A DNA stretch of 57,570 nucleotides, taken from the NCBI GenBank assembly GCA_030643545.1, contig DAOWLE010000022.1, positions 1-57,570 of the forward strand. Reading direction: 5' to 3'. Source of the DNA: a bacterium. GTDB lineage: Bacteria; Patescibacteriota; Minisyncoccia; JAHIHE01; DAOWLE01. Position numbers and translations under genes: made by a program. Under the pieces are notes generated by a model. The model saw nothing but the letters and a program-made list of their open reading frames with translations. It did not search any database and was not told where the DNA came from. Positions 8,997 through 19,748 of the stretch are shown one piece after another (positions within the stretch are counted from its first letter, which is position 1; each line of letters starts with the position of its first letter).

Positions 8997-10199
8997 ATGA
9001 AATTAAAAATATTATTTTTGCAAACTTTCCCTCTTTGGGGATGCGGCAGCGGAACTTATGTTCGCCATTTAACTAAAGAAATAGCAAAAGCCGGACATAA
9101 AGTTGCTATTATCTGCCCTGACAAACGAAAAGTCAAGGGAGTAAAATTATTTAATATTAAACTTCCTTTTTTTGTTGCTTTTACCGGACATCCCGAACAT
9201 AAAGAATGCAAGCTCTATCATAAAATTTCCAATAAAGAAATTGCTATTATTTATCAAACATTTTTAAAGTCAGTTATTGAAATAGTTGAAGAATTCAAGC
9301 CGGATATTATTCATGTTCAGCATCTTTCTATTTTTAGCTGGGTGGCTAATTTTATTAAATCTATCTACAGAATAAATTATATTATCACTTCGCATGGAAC
9401 CGGACTTTACGCAGCTTCTTTAGACAAAAGATATATTCCCTTTACTTCCAGCGCTATTAAAAGAGCAAAAAAAATAACCGCGGTAAGTGGAGATACAAAA
9501 GGATGGATCACTGAAATATTCGGTAAAGAACATTTAAAAAAAATACGCATTATTCCCGGCGGCATTGATATCAAAAATTTTCCTTCTGAAAAAGAAACTA
9601 AAATTATTAATAAAAAATATAATTTAGATAATAAAAAAATTGTTTTATTCTCCGGTAAATTGACTCGTTTAAAAGGAGTAGAATATCTTATTAAGGCATC
9701 CTCTAAAATCAAAGGGGATGTTTATATTATCGGCGGTGGTTCTGAATTAGATAGATTAAAAAAAATGACAAAAGATTTAAAATTAAAAAATGTCCATTTT
9801 CTGGGATATATGGGTGAGCAAGAATCTAAAAAGTTAAGAGATTTTTATTATCGGGCTGATGTTTTTGTCGCGCCGTCTGTCTGGGACGAACCGTTAGGAT
9901 TAGTAATTTTAGAAGCGATGATTTGTAAAACTCCGGTAGTGGTAACTCGAAAAGGAGGAATTCCTTTAGCGGTTAAAGATGGTTATAATGGACTTTTTGT
10001 TCGTCCGCGAAATAGCAACCAAATCGCCGAAGCAGTTAACAAACTTTTAGACGATGAAAAATTGCGAAAAAAAATGGGTGAAAACGCGCGAAAGACAGTT
10101 AAAGAAAAATTTAGCTGGAAAAAAATCAGTAAAAAATTTGAATATCTTTATAGTAAATATGCTAATAACGGAAGCAAAAAAAATAATCAAAAAAAATAA
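8997..10199 (+). CDS. GT4 glycosyltransferase
   Basis: GSGTY, KGVEYLI, PSVWDEPLGLVILEAM. Confidence 0.9.
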   Translation: MKLKILFLQTFPLWGCGSGTYVRHLTKEIAKAGHKVAIICPDKRKVKGVKLFNIKLPFFVAFTGHPEHKECKLYHKISNKEIAIIYQTFLKSVIEIVEEFKPDIIHVQHLSIFSWVANFIKSIYRINYIITSHGTGLYAASLDKRYIPFTSSAIKRAKKITAVSGDTKGWITEIFGKEHLKKIRIIPGGIDIKNFPSEKETKIINKKYNLDNKKIVLFSGKLTRLKGVEYLIKASSKIKGDVYIIGGGSELDRLKKMTKDLKLKNVHFLGYMGEQESKKLRDFYYRADVFVAPSVWDEPLGLVILEAMICKTPVVVTRKGGIPLAVKDGYNGLFVRPRNSNQIAEAVNKLLDDEKLRKKMGENARKTVKEKFSWKKISKKFEYLYSKYANNGSKKNNQKK

Positions 10200-10232
10200 G
10201 CGAACATGGTAAGCAAGTTCGCTTAAAAATTT

Positions 10233-11009
10233 TTAAAGATAGATTGCGGGATCGTTCACAATTATTCCGTCAGCACCAAGTTTCATTAGCTTTTCAAATT
10301 GCCCTTTTGATATTTCTCCGCCTTGAATTTCGTTCATTCTGCCGGCAGTAACGATGACTTTCTTTTTAGCGAGTTGCATTTTCTCTAGAATATAATTAGG
10401 ATCTATAATTTCATCAAAATCGTTTTGTAGCCAACCTTGCCAGACTCGGACATAATCTATAGCATTATTATCTGGTTTAATGTTTATTACATTCTCAATT
10501 GTTCCAAGCAACAAAGTGGTCATCCGACTTTGCAATTTTATGCACATCGCGTCTTCTGTGAAAGGAGTACCAAGTATTACCTGCTCTACGAGATTGAAAC
10601 TTCTCACTAAGCTTACTATTTTATCAAGCACTTCTTCGTTTTTCTGTTCTTTTTTGATATCAAGAACAACTTTTATTTCTTTTCCGCTTTCCGCTACCAA
10701 GTTTAAAACTTCTGGCAATGTTGGTATTCTGGCGACATCGCTTCTGCCGTGGACTGTTGCCGGCGCAAAAACAATTGAGCCGTCGTTTCTGTTTATCCCG
10801 AATTTTCTTACTGCTTCAATTGGATACTGGCTGATATGGTCTTGTCTTAATTTCTCGTGATGAGCGATCACTAATCCATTTTGGCACATTCGCACATCTA
10901 TTTCAAAGTTCAATCCCATCGCGACACAATACTGGATTCCCTCTATCGTATTCCCTATAAAGCATCCGCATCCTGCCCGATGGGCAAATATTCTATCTTT
11001 TATTTTCAA
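10233..11009 (-). CDS. Glycerophosphodiester phosphodiesterase family protein (SD-class gene, TTG start)
   Basis: FAHRAG, FEIDVR, IPTLPEVL, LDIK, GADGIIVNDP; AGGAGG before TTG at 11009; promoter TTGACA(11098-11093)-N17-TATACT. Confidence 0.82.
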   Translation of the reverse strand: MKIKDRIFAHRAGCGCFIGNTIEGIQYCVAMGLNFEIDVRMCQNGLVIAHHEKLRQDHISQYPIEAVRKFGINRNDGSIVFAPATVHGRSDVARIPTLPEVLNLVAESGKEIKVVLDIKKEQKNEEVLDKIVSLVRSFNLVEQVILGTPFTEDAMCIKLQSRMTTLLLGTIENVINIKPDNNAIDYVRVWQGWLQNDFDEIIDPNYILEKMQLAKKKVIVTAGRMNEIQGGEISKGQFEKLMKLGADGIIVNDPAIYL

Positions 11010-11091
11010 TTTTATCCCTCCTATAAAGGTGCATTTGCTATAATTGCTTAAAGCAATCATAACTAAAGAAGTATAGCAAAATTATAAAAAT

Positions 11092-12357
11092 ATGTCAATA
11101 GTCAGTGCTAAAATAGAAAAATTTGTCAAAGCATCAAAAAAAGTTTTTAATTTATGCCGCGTAGAAAATAAATTAGGAACTGCTTTTTTTGCTTCTGATC
11201 CAAATTTAAGATATCCATGGATTTACATCAGAGATTTTTCTTGTGTTATAAATGGATTTTCAGAATTAGGCGATTTTAAAACAACCAAAAAGTGCTGTGA
11301 ATTTTTATTAAATATTCAAGCTGAAGATGGGCAATGGTTTCAAAAATATGACGATTTAGGCAGGCGTAAAGATATTGAAAAAGAAAAATCAATTATTCAG
11401 GAAGACAATACTCCTTTGGCTCTTTGGGCAATACTTTCTTATATTTATGAATCAGGCGATGAAAAATTTAAAAATGAAAATAAAAAGAAAATAGAAAAAT
11501 CATTGTTTTGGATAGAAACTTGTCATCAAAAAAGCTTGGAAAAATTAGGATTAGTTTATTCTACGACATCTATCCATCAAACGCCCGGCTTTAATCAAGG
11601 TTATGAAATTTGGCATAATTCATTAGTAGTAAAAGTTTTTTCATTAGCCACTAAAATTTACAATAATAATCATTATAAAGAATTAGTTGATTACATAAAA
11701 AAGAACATTAGCGAAAAATTAATTGTTGATGATAGATTTATTAGAAAACTTGATGATAACAAAAAACCGGATTTGGCGCCGGATATAATTATAATCAGTC
11801 CGTCTCATTTTAATATTTTCGCCCGAGAAGATTTAATAAACAAAGAATTAAGTTTTTCTAAAACGATAAAAAATTCCTTAAAATATTTAGAAGAAAAATT
11901 ACCTGACAAAGAAATGGGCGGATTTTTCCGCTATCCTAACGAGATTACTAAAAAATGGCATTCTAAAGATAATTGGACAATCAATGATCCGTTAGTGCCT
12001 GGACCTTATTTTATAACTACTACTTTTATAATACAATCATATTGGCAGTTAAGAGAGAAAAATAAAGCGAATAAATTACTTGATTGGCTGTTGAACCAAG
12101 CTGTAAATGGGCAAATGGCAGAACATCTTACTTCCCGCAAAAGATTTTTTGCTTATCGCGGCAAAGAATGGAAATATATGCTAAAACACAAAAAAGACAA
12201 AAAATATTTAGAAGGAGTTAAGAAAAATTTTGATAATTTAGAGAAAGAAGCGAAAAAAAGCGATATTCTTCATTATGTTCTGCCTTTTCCTTGGGCGCAA
12301 ATGGAAGGATTAAAATGTTTAAAAGCAGGAAAATATATTAATAAATTTATTTTATAA
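11092..12357 (+). CDS. GH15-like (glucoamylase-type alpha/alpha barrel) glycoside hydrolase
   Basis: YPWIYIRD, QAEDGQWFQKY, QEDNT, GGFFRY, MAEH, PFPWAQ. Confidence 0.7.
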   Translation: MSIVSAKIEKFVKASKKVFNLCRVENKLGTAFFASDPNLRYPWIYIRDFSCVINGFSELGDFKTTKKCCEFLLNIQAEDGQWFQKYDDLGRRKDIEKEKSIIQEDNTPLALWAILSYIYESGDEKFKNENKKKIEKSLFWIETCHQKSLEKLGLVYSTTSIHQTPGFNQGYEIWHNSLVVKVFSLATKIYNNNHYKELVDYIKKNISEKLIVDDRFIRKLDDNKKPDLAPDIIIISPSHFNIFAREDLINKELSFSKTIKNSLKYLEEKLPDKEMGGFFRYPNEITKKWHSKDNWTINDPLVPGPYFITTTFIIQSYWQLREKNKANKLLDWLLNQAVNGQMAEHLTSRKRFFAYRGKEWKYMLKHKKDKKYLEGVKKNFDNLEKEAKKSDILHYVLPFPWAQMEGLKCLKAGKYINKFIL

Positions 12358-12359
12358 TT

Positions 12360-13433
12360 ATGAAAAACAAAACAAAATTAAAAATCGCTGTTGTTGCTCC
12401 GCCGTTTACTGTTGTGCCTCCAAAAGGGCAGGGAGGAACTGAAAGAATTATTTATCAAATGATAGAAGAATTTAAAAAAAGAAAACATAGCGTAACGCTT
12501 TTTGGCGCCGGCAAATGCAAAACTTCGGCAAAATTTGTCCAAGTTTTTAAAAAAACAATCAGCGAAAGAAAAATTGACACCACTTACATAGAGGCGTCAA
12601 GAAATCTTCGATTGGAAACCGTTTATATCGCCAGTGTGATGGAAGAAATTCTAAAAAGAGAAAAAGATTTTGACATTGTTTTCAACCATATGCGGGGCGG
12701 GTATCTTTTTTTACCTTTGAGCAAATTTTTGAAAATTCCAGTAGTTAGCATTCTTCACTTGCCGATTTTTGAAGAATTGGGAAAACTTTTTTTACATTAT
12801 AAAAATCCGAATATTATTACTATTTCAAACAACCAGAGAAAACCAGCGCCAAAAGTAAATTATTTAGCCACTGTTTATAACGGAGTTGATTTAAATGAAT
12901 TTGAATTTTGCGACAAGCCAAAAGATTATTTTTTATTTGTCAGCGCAATCGGCGAACATAAAAATCCAAAAGAAGCGATTTTGGCGGCAAAGCGGACAAA
13001 TTCAAAATTAATTTTAGCCGGCGGAAAAAAACGAGAACCGTATTTTTCAAAAGAAATAAAACCATTGATTGACGGAAAGCAAATTAAATATGTTGGAGAA
13101 GTATCAGGGAAAAAGAGGATTGATTTATACAAAAATGCCAAAGCGCTTTTATTTCCTATAAAATGGCCAGAACCGTTTGGCTTAGTGATGATTGAAGCAA
13201 TGGCCTGCGGAACGCCGGTAATCGGATTTAAAAACGCTTCAGTGCCAGAAGTAGTAAAAAACGGAAAAACCGGTTTTATAGTTGATTCTTCAGTAAAAGG
13301 ATTAGTTCAAGGAATTAAAAAAATAAATTCAATTAACAGAAAGGATTGCCGAAAATTAGTTGAAGAAAAATTTTCTTTAGAAAAAATGATTGACGGATAC
13401 GAAAAAGTTTGTTTTAAAATATTAAAAAAATAA
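12360..13433 (+). CDS. GT4 glycosyltransferase, tandem paralog 1
   Basis: VPPKGQGGTER, VYNG, WPEPFGLVMIEAMACGTPVI. Confidence 0.9.
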   Translation: MKNKTKLKIAVVAPPFTVVPPKGQGGTERIIYQMIEEFKKRKHSVTLFGAGKCKTSAKFVQVFKKTISERKIDTTYIEASRNLRLETVYIASVMEEILKREKDFDIVFNHMRGGYLFLPLSKFLKIPVVSILHLPIFEELGKLFLHYKNPNIITISNNQRKPAPKVNYLATVYNGVDLNEFEFCDKPKDYFLFVSAIGEHKNPKEAILAAKRTNSKLILAGGKKREPYFSKEIKPLIDGKQIKYVGEVSGKKRIDLYKNAKALLFPIKWPEPFGLVMIEAMACGTPVIGFKNASVPEVVKNGKTGFIVDSSVKGLVQGIKKINSINRKDCRKLVEEKFSLEKMIDGYEKVCFKILKK

Positions 13434-13450
13434 CATTAATTGTCCAAATT

Positions 13451-14530
13451 ATGAGAATAGCTCAAGTAGCTCCATTGTGGTTTTCGCTGCCTCCGAAAAA
13501 ATTCGGCGGAACAGAATTAGTTGCTTATAATTTAAGCGAAGGTTTAGTTAAACGAGGCCATCAGGTTACTGTTTTTGCTTCTGGCGATTCTAATGTTTCA
13601 GGCAAATTAATTTCTGCTTGGCCGAAACATTTAATTAAAGAAAAAATAAACGGCAAAGTAGTCCCATGGAATAACGCACATTTTCCCTTGCTAAATCTTT
13701 ACGAAGCTTTTTCTCGCGCTGATGAGTTTGACATTATTCATGTCCATGAAAATAGTTCTATCCTTTCTGGTTTTTTTGTTGATTTAGTTAGAACGCCAGT
13801 TATTACTACTTTGCACGATCCATTTATTGGACAGAAAAGCAAAGATAAGTGGGCTACTTTTAATAAATTTAAAAAACATAATTATATAAGCATTAGCAAT
13901 ACTCATAGAAAAAGCGCGTCATTAAAAATTAATTTTGTTGGCACAATTTATAACGGAATTGACTTAGAAAAATATAAATTTCAGGAAAGACCAAAGGGAG
14001 ATTATTTAGTTTGGCTTGGAAGATTTTATCCAAGTAAAGGTGTTTCTGAAGCTATAAAAGTAGCTAAAAAAAGCGGTAAAAAAATAATTTTAGCGGGAAT
14101 GATAGCCCAAAATAGTCCGTTGTCTTATAATTATTTTGAACAAAAAATTAAACCGCAATTTGAAAAAGGGAAAGTTGAATATGTGGGTGAAGTAAATTTA
14201 TCTCAAAAAAATAAATTGTTAAAAAACGCTTTTGCTTTTCTTAATCCTATTCAATGGGAAGAGCCGTTCGGTTTGGTAATGATTGAAGCAATGGCTTGCG
14301 GAACGCCGGTGATTGCATTTAATCGAGGAGCGGTGCCGGAAATTATAAAACACGGGAAAACCGGTTTTATCGTGAAAAATGAAAAAGAAATGATTAGCGC
14401 CGTTAAAAAAGTTGATAAAATTAAACGGCAAGATTGCCGCAAACATATTGAAAAAAAATTCTCCACAGAAAAAATGGTAATAGAATATGAAAAAATTTAT
14501 AAAAAATTAATTGAAAGGAAACAATTATGA
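13451..14530 (+). CDS. GT4 glycosyltransferase, tandem paralog 2
   Basis: PPKKFGGTE, WEEPFGLVMIEAMACGTPVI. Confidence 0.9.
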   Translation: MRIAQVAPLWFSLPPKKFGGTELVAYNLSEGLVKRGHQVTVFASGDSNVSGKLISAWPKHLIKEKINGKVVPWNNAHFPLLNLYEAFSRADEFDIIHVHENSSILSGFFVDLVRTPVITTLHDPFIGQKSKDKWATFNKFKKHNYISISNTHRKSASLKINFVGTIYNGIDLEKYKFQERPKGDYLVWLGRFYPSKGVSEAIKVAKKSGKKIILAGMIAQNSPLSYNYFEQKIKPQFEKGKVEYVGEVNLSQKNKLLKNAFAFLNPIQWEEPFGLVMIEAMACGTPVIAFNRGAVPEIIKHGKTGFIVKNEKEMISAVKKVDKIKRQDCRKHIEKKFSTEKMVIEYEKIYKKLIERKQL

Positions 14531-15672
14531 AAAAGAAGAAATTAAAAATTGCTATGTTTTGCACTAATAAAATATCAACTCCGTTAAAAGGGAAAACGAT
14601 ATATGCTCCAGTAATGGTAACCAATCAATTAGTAGAAGGGATGATAAAAAAAGGGCACGATGTTACTCTTTTTGCCACTAAAGGTTCAAAAACAAAAGCT
14701 CGTCTTATTCATTGTGGATTAAATCCATTGGAATCGAAAAAAGTTTTGTTTAATTTGTTTGAAAAAGAAAAGGTTGAAACAGATCGTTTTTTTGAAAAAG
14801 TTTTACATTCTTATGAAACAATCGCTATTTCAAAAATTTATCAAATGGCTCAAAAAGAAAAATTTGATGTTATTCATATTCATCCATCAGATCGCGCCTT
14901 GCCTTTAGCTCCTCTTGTTTCAACACCTACAATTTTTACTCTGCATGATCCTATTGCTCCTTGGAGAAAATTTATTTATTCAGCTTATAAAAATATTCCT
15001 CAGATTTATTATGTTTCAATAAGTGACATACAAAGAAAACCATTGAAAAATTTGAATTATATTAACACTATTTATAACGGACTTGATTTAGAAAAATATC
15101 CTTTCAACGAAAAACCTAAAGAATCATTTATTTGCGCCGGAAGAATTACACAAGAAAAGGGAATTCATACTGCCATACAAGGAGCTAAAAAAGCTAAGGT
15201 TAAACTTTCTATTATCGGGTTTGCAAAAAAAGAAGAAGATTATTGGCAAAAAAAGATTAAGCCATATCTTGATAAAAATATAAAATACAAAGGAATGGTT
15301 CCTCTATCAGAAGTTTTTGAATTTTATCAAAATTCCAAAGCATTGCTTTTCCCTATCCAATGGGAAGAGCCATTCGGCTTGGTAATGATTGAAGCAATGG
15401 CCTGCGGTACGCCGGTGATTGCATTTAATCGAGGAGCGGTGCCGGAAGTGGTAAAAGATGGAAAAACAGGATTTATTATTCCTCAATTTGATAAAAATAA
15501 AAAGGTCAATATTAAAGGATTGGTTGAGGCAATAAAAAAGATAGATCAAATAGATAGAAAAGAATGCCGTAAACATGTTGAAGAAAATTTCACTATTAAA
15601 AAAATGGTTGATGGATATGAAGATGCTTATTATAAAGTAATTAAAGATTGGAGGATAAAAAATGGAAAATAA
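14527..15672 (+). CDS. GT4 glycosyltransferase, tandem paralog 3
   Basis: GHDVTLFA, WEEPFGLVMIEAMACGTPVI. Confidence 0.9.
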   Translation: MKKKKLKIAMFCTNKISTPLKGKTIYAPVMVTNQLVEGMIKKGHDVTLFATKGSKTKARLIHCGLNPLESKKVLFNLFEKEKVETDRFFEKVLHSYETIAISKIYQMAQKEKFDVIHIHPSDRALPLAPLVSTPTIFTLHDPIAPWRKFIYSAYKNIPQIYYVSISDIQRKPLKNLNYINTIYNGLDLEKYPFNEKPKESFICAGRITQEKGIHTAIQGAKKAKVKLSIIGFAKKEEDYWQKKIKPYLDKNIKYKGMVPLSEVFEFYQNSKALLFPIQWEEPFGLVMIEAMACGTPVIAFNRGAVPEVVKDGKTGFIIPQFDKNKKVNIKGLVEAIKKIDQIDRKECRKHVEENFTIKKMVDGYEDAYYKVIKDWRIKNGK

Positions 15673-16777
15673 TTTTGAAAAATATTCTTTTTTTAATATT
15701 GAAGCAATAGAAGATAAAAAAAGCAATATAAAAGAAAAGTTAAAAAATATTTCTGAAGATTTATCAGAAAAAAAACTTATTCCTATCAAACTTTTTCAAA
15801 AAAACAATATTATTGATTTAACTATTAAAAAAAAACATAAAACAATTTTTAAAGGTCCTTTTATTGTTTTGGAAGTAAAAAAAACAGACAAAAATGGAAA
15901 AATTAAAAAGTTTTTATACAAAGGTCAGATTAAAGACAATGTTCCGTTCAGAGATATAAGGAAAGAAGAAATAATGTATAGAGATATTTTGCCGGAGATT
16001 TATAAAAATCTTCCAGAAAATATTAAAAGAAAAGTCGTTTTTCCAAAATTGATTGAAGGTGTAAGTCCAAAAACAAAAATAAAATCAATTGTTAGAGAAA
16101 AAATAGAAGGCGTGATTTGCGGAACTCACGATGCGACTAAAAAAAATATCTGGGATAAAAAAGATATAGAAGCAATTTGTTATCTTATAAAAGAATTTCA
16201 GAAGTTAAATCCAGCAAAAATAAAAAAGGGTTTTCCGGAACTTTTAGAAAGAAATTTTATTGAGTTTTATAAAAATAATTTTGAAAAATACGCTGAACCG
16301 GTAAAAAATTTACTAAGTGAAAAATATGTAGAAAAAATGAAAAAACTCCTTCAAAAAGATGAAAAGGTTATTTCAAAACAATCGCCCGTTCTGCTTTCTG
16401 AAGATATATTTTGTTTTAATATTTTTAAAACATCCGAAGAAAAACTTGGATTTATTGATTGGGAAAGGCCTCATATCGGAAAAGATATAAGCGCGGATTA
16501 CGGAAAACTTATTTCAAGATTATGGACAAATCCTGAATTACAAGAAGAAGCTATTAAAATTACTTTAAAAATAAATAAAGAAAATCCACAGTTTAAAGAT
16601 ATGTTAAGAGCAAGTTTAGTATTTTTGGAAGGAGGATATTCTTTTCATTATTACTTTAAAAAATTAGATAGTAATAATCCGCAAGAAAAAAGGGAGGCGG
16701 AAAAAGCCGTAAAAGTTTTCAAAAAACTTTTTAAAGATATTTTAGATAATAAAGGAATATGGCAGGAAAAAAATTAA
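15662..16777 (+). CDS. APH/choline-kinase-like phosphotransferase fold protein
   Basis: FPKLI, LLSEDIFCFNIF (degenerate HxDxxxxN), GFIDWE. Confidence 0.55.
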   Translation: MENNFEKYSFFNIEAIEDKKSNIKEKLKNISEDLSEKKLIPIKLFQKNNIIDLTIKKKHKTIFKGPFIVLEVKKTDKNGKIKKFLYKGQIKDNVPFRDIRKEEIMYRDILPEIYKNLPENIKRKVVFPKLIEGVSPKTKIKSIVREKIEGVICGTHDATKKNIWDKKDIEAICYLIKEFQKLNPAKIKKGFPELLERNFIEFYKNNFEKYAEPVKNLLSEKYVEKMKKLLQKDEKVISKQSPVLLSEDIFCFNIFKTSEEKLGFIDWERPHIGKDISADYGKLISRLWTNPELQEEAIKITLKINKENPQFKDMLRASLVFLEGGYSFHYYFKKLDSNNPQEKREAEKAVKVFKKLFKDILDNKGIWQEKN

Positions 16778-18636
16778 TAAAAAATAATAATCAAATCTCG
16801 AAAAATCTCTGGATTGCCGGAGGATATTATGTTGATTTTGATGAGATGAGCCAATTCAGAATTATCGGGCCAAATAATCATCTTTATTGCGGCTTAATTG
16901 ATATTCCGCGCCATAAGATAAAAATAGAAAGTATTAAGGATAAAAATAATATTTTAGAAATAAAAGGATATTTTCTCGGAAAAAATATTAATCTATATTA
17001 TCCGGCGATGGATGATATCAGAACTGTAAGAAATTTAACAAAAAATGCCTGTTCTTTTCTTGAAATCAGAAATCAGCATTTTAATCAAATGATTCCTAAG
17101 AAAATTCAATTTAAAGATACAAAAAACAGTTCATCAATTACTTTCAAACGGTCGTATGAAGAAAATTTATATTATCAAACAACTTTCAATTTTCCAAAAA
17201 ATATTCTGGTTGAAAAAATAAAAAAGCCGTTTAAGGGATTTAAAATTTCCGCAAAAACAGAAAATAAAATTAAATTTATTATTTTAGCGGAAACAAATGA
17301 TTTGCGCCAAAAAGAATTCAAGGATTTTTTTCTTTCAGGCACAAATTTTTTTGATTTTAAAAAATTTGGCAAGCATTCAAAAGCAGTAAAAAAAATTTGG
17401 CAGAGAACAGAAAAAGAAATTATTCATCTTATCAACTGGGGTAAAACTTCCGGCGATAATTTTGGAACAATTTTTCCCCGCGACTGGATGGAATCAGCGG
17501 ATTTAGGAATTCATGATTTGCGTCCGGAAATTATCAGTTATATGTATGAAGCGTCTTTAAAAAATGTCAATCAAAAAGGTGAGAGCTGGCATGAAGATGT
17601 TGTTGGAGAATATAAATATGAGCATGAAATTTCCGGCAAGGATATTTTAGACCGCCATATGATTGATATTGAACCGCATTATATTATCGGATTGAAAAAT
17701 TTGCCAAGCGATTTTTTAGTTGATAAAAAAAATAAAGAAAAGATGAAAAAAACGGCTGAATATTTAGTCAGGCAAGCGAGAAAAAATGATTTTATTATTT
17801 TTAAAAAACTTCCTAAAAATATTCAGAAAAAAGGCCAAAAATATTATTTTAGCGGCAATTGGCGGGATAGTGGCTGGGCGTTTAAAAAAATCAGCCAAGT
17901 AATCGCTCCTTTTGATGTAAATTGCGTTTTTTATCCGGAAGCGTTAAAAACATTAAAAAAATTCCAGAAAAAATTAGGTTTAAAAATAAAAGACATAAAT
18001 AAATTAATAAAAAAATGGGAAGGCAAAAAGAAATATTATTCTTTTAAAAATTCAGACGGAAAATCAGCTTACGCTTTAGCTGTTTACGGAATAGAAAATA
18101 AAAAAGGAAAAATAGAATATAAAAAAATGAAAGTTAATCATTTAGACGAATCATATCTTTTCACTTACAATGACGGAACACAAACAGATATAAAAAGTTT
18201 TTGCCAGCGTCTTTTAGATTCAAATTATTTTTATACGCCTTCCGGTCCAACGCTTATATCTAAAAATAATAAATACGGCTACACTTCTAACGAGTATCAC
18301 GGATTAGTTGTCTGGACAAAACAAACCGCTTTTGTTATTTTAGGATTAAGCAAATATTTAAAAAAAGCTATTGTTGAAGAATGGCCGAAAGATTTACAAA
18401 AATTAATTAAAAAAACGATTTTGACTATTTCTGAAGATACAATAAAAACTTTCGATTATTTAGATTATATTCCAGAAGTCCATTGGGACGACAACGGAAC
18501 TCCTTTGCTTTATTCTGATCAGCCGAATATGAAAATGTCCGTAAGCGAAGTCCAACTTTGGTCGGCTGTTGGCGCAAGAAGAATTATCAGAAAATATTAC
18601 GAATTGTTAACTGATCCAAAATATAAAAAAATATGA
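16759..18636 (+). CDS. Six-hairpin glycosidase, amylo-alpha-1,6-glucosidase/debranching-like
   Basis: TIFPRDWMES, NWRDS, PFDVN, YHGLVVW, QLWS. Confidence 0.65.
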   Translation: MAGKKLIKNNNQISKNLWIAGGYYVDFDEMSQFRIIGPNNHLYCGLIDIPRHKIKIESIKDKNNILEIKGYFLGKNINLYYPAMDDIRTVRNLTKNACSFLEIRNQHFNQMIPKKIQFKDTKNSSSITFKRSYEENLYYQTTFNFPKNILVEKIKKPFKGFKISAKTENKIKFIILAETNDLRQKEFKDFFLSGTNFFDFKKFGKHSKAVKKIWQRTEKEIIHLINWGKTSGDNFGTIFPRDWMESADLGIHDLRPEIISYMYEASLKNVNQKGESWHEDVVGEYKYEHEISGKDILDRHMIDIEPHYIIGLKNLPSDFLVDKKNKEKMKKTAEYLVRQARKNDFIIFKKLPKNIQKKGQKYYFSGNWRDSGWAFKKISQVIAPFDVNCVFYPEALKTLKKFQKKLGLKIKDINKLIKKWEGKKKYYSFKNSDGKSAYALAVYGIENKKGKIEYKKMKVNHLDESYLFTYNDGTQTDIKSFCQRLLDSNYFYTPSGPTLISKNNKYGYTSNEYHGLVVWTKQTAFVILGLSKYLKKAIVEEWPKDLQKLIKKTILTISEDTIKTFDYLDYIPEVHWDDNGTPLLYSDQPNMKMSVSEVQLWSAVGARRIIRKYYELLTDPKYKKI

Positions 18637-19622
18637 AACAAAATAAATCCATAATTGCTTTTGATATTGGCGCGAGTAAAATTGCCTACGGCGTTGCCGG
18701 CCTTCCGCTCTTGCCTGCCAGCAGGCAAGGTTCGGCTTCCAGTTTTCAACATTTCAATAAAATTAAAACTCCGAAGAGCAAAAAAGAAATTATTGAAAAA
18801 ATTATTGAAATTGTCGCACCCCTCCTTGATCCTCCCCTTGCGAATAAGGGGAGGAAGAATGCTTATGGGAAAATTATCGGCGTTGGAATTGGAATGGCCG
18901 GGCAAATGGATTTTAAAAAAGGGAAAGTTTTGTCTTCTTTGGTTGCGGATGGATGGAAAAATGTTCCTTTAAAAAATATTTTAGAGAAAAGATTGAAAAT
19001 TCCGGTTACGCTTGATAATGACGCTCATTGTTTTGTTTTGGGCGAAGTAAAATTCGGCGTGGCGAAAAATTATCAGCATATTGTTGGGCTAACCTTGGGA
19101 ACTGCTATTGGAGGCGGGATTATTATTGACGGCAAACTTTACCACGGAATGAATAACACTACTGGTGAATTTACTTATACTGTTGTTAATACAAATAAAG
19201 ATTTAGAAGTTCTTATTAAAGGAGCAAAAGACACTTGCAAAAAAACTGGTTGTTATCATTTAGGAGAGTGGGCGGCTGGCAAAGGAATGGAAAGATTATA
19301 TAAAAAATTGACCAGCAAGAATTTGGCCGCTTTTGAAATAAAAAAAAGAGCGCTCAAAGGAGAAAAAGCGGCTCTTAAAATAATTAATTTATCAGCTGAA
19401 TCCTTGGGGTGTGAAATAGCGAATATTATTAATTTTTTAAATCCGGAAATTATTGTCATCGGCGGCGGATTGAGCAAAATGGATATTCTTTGGAAACCGA
19501 TGATTCAGGAAGCAAAAAAAAGAGTTTTCTTCGCTCCTTTGAAAAAAACAAAAATAGTCCGTTCGCAATTATTAGAAAAAGCAAACCTTCTCGGCGCGGC
19601 AAGTTTGGTTTTAAAATCTTAA
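18633..19622 (+). CDS. ROK family sugar kinase with in-frame palindromic inserts
   Basis: FDIGASKI, GVGIGMAG, LDNDAHC, TLGTAIGGG, NPEIIVIGGG. Confidence 0.9.
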   Translation: MKQNKSIIAFDIGASKIAYGVAGLPLLPASRQGSASSFQHFNKIKTPKSKKEIIEKIIEIVAPLLDPPLANKGRKNAYGKIIGVGIGMAGQMDFKKGKVLSSLVADGWKNVPLKNILEKRLKIPVTLDNDAHCFVLGEVKFGVAKNYQHIVGLTLGTAIGGGIIIDGKLYHGMNNTTGEFTYTVVNTNKDLEVLIKGAKDTCKKTGCYHLGEWAAGKGMERLYKKLTSKNLAAFEIKKRALKGEKAALKIINLSAESLGCEIANIINFLNPEIIVIGGGLSKMDILWKPMIQEAKKRVFFAPLKKTKIVRSQLLEKANLLGAASLVLKS

Positions 19623-19651
19623 TATAGTAATACTATTTTAAAATCAACTGC

Positions 19652-19733
19652 TGTCATTCCCGCGCAGGAGAGAATCCACTATTAAAATAAGTGTTACTAT
19701 AAACATAGATTCCTGCCTCCGCAGGAATGACAG
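19652..19733. repeat. GTCATTCCC...GGAATGAC composite palindrome family
   Basis: TGTCATTCCCGCGCAGGAGAGAATCC...GATTCCTGCCTCCGCAGGAATGACA; other copies near 22687, 23227, 37572, 48376-48505. Confidence 0.75.
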
Positions 19734-19748
19734 ATTGAGAAAATTATC

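Noticed and set aside
14252-15447. Diversity-generating retroelement TR/VR pair
   Set aside because: The differences are synonymous and not adenine-specific, and there is no reverse transcriptase in the window.
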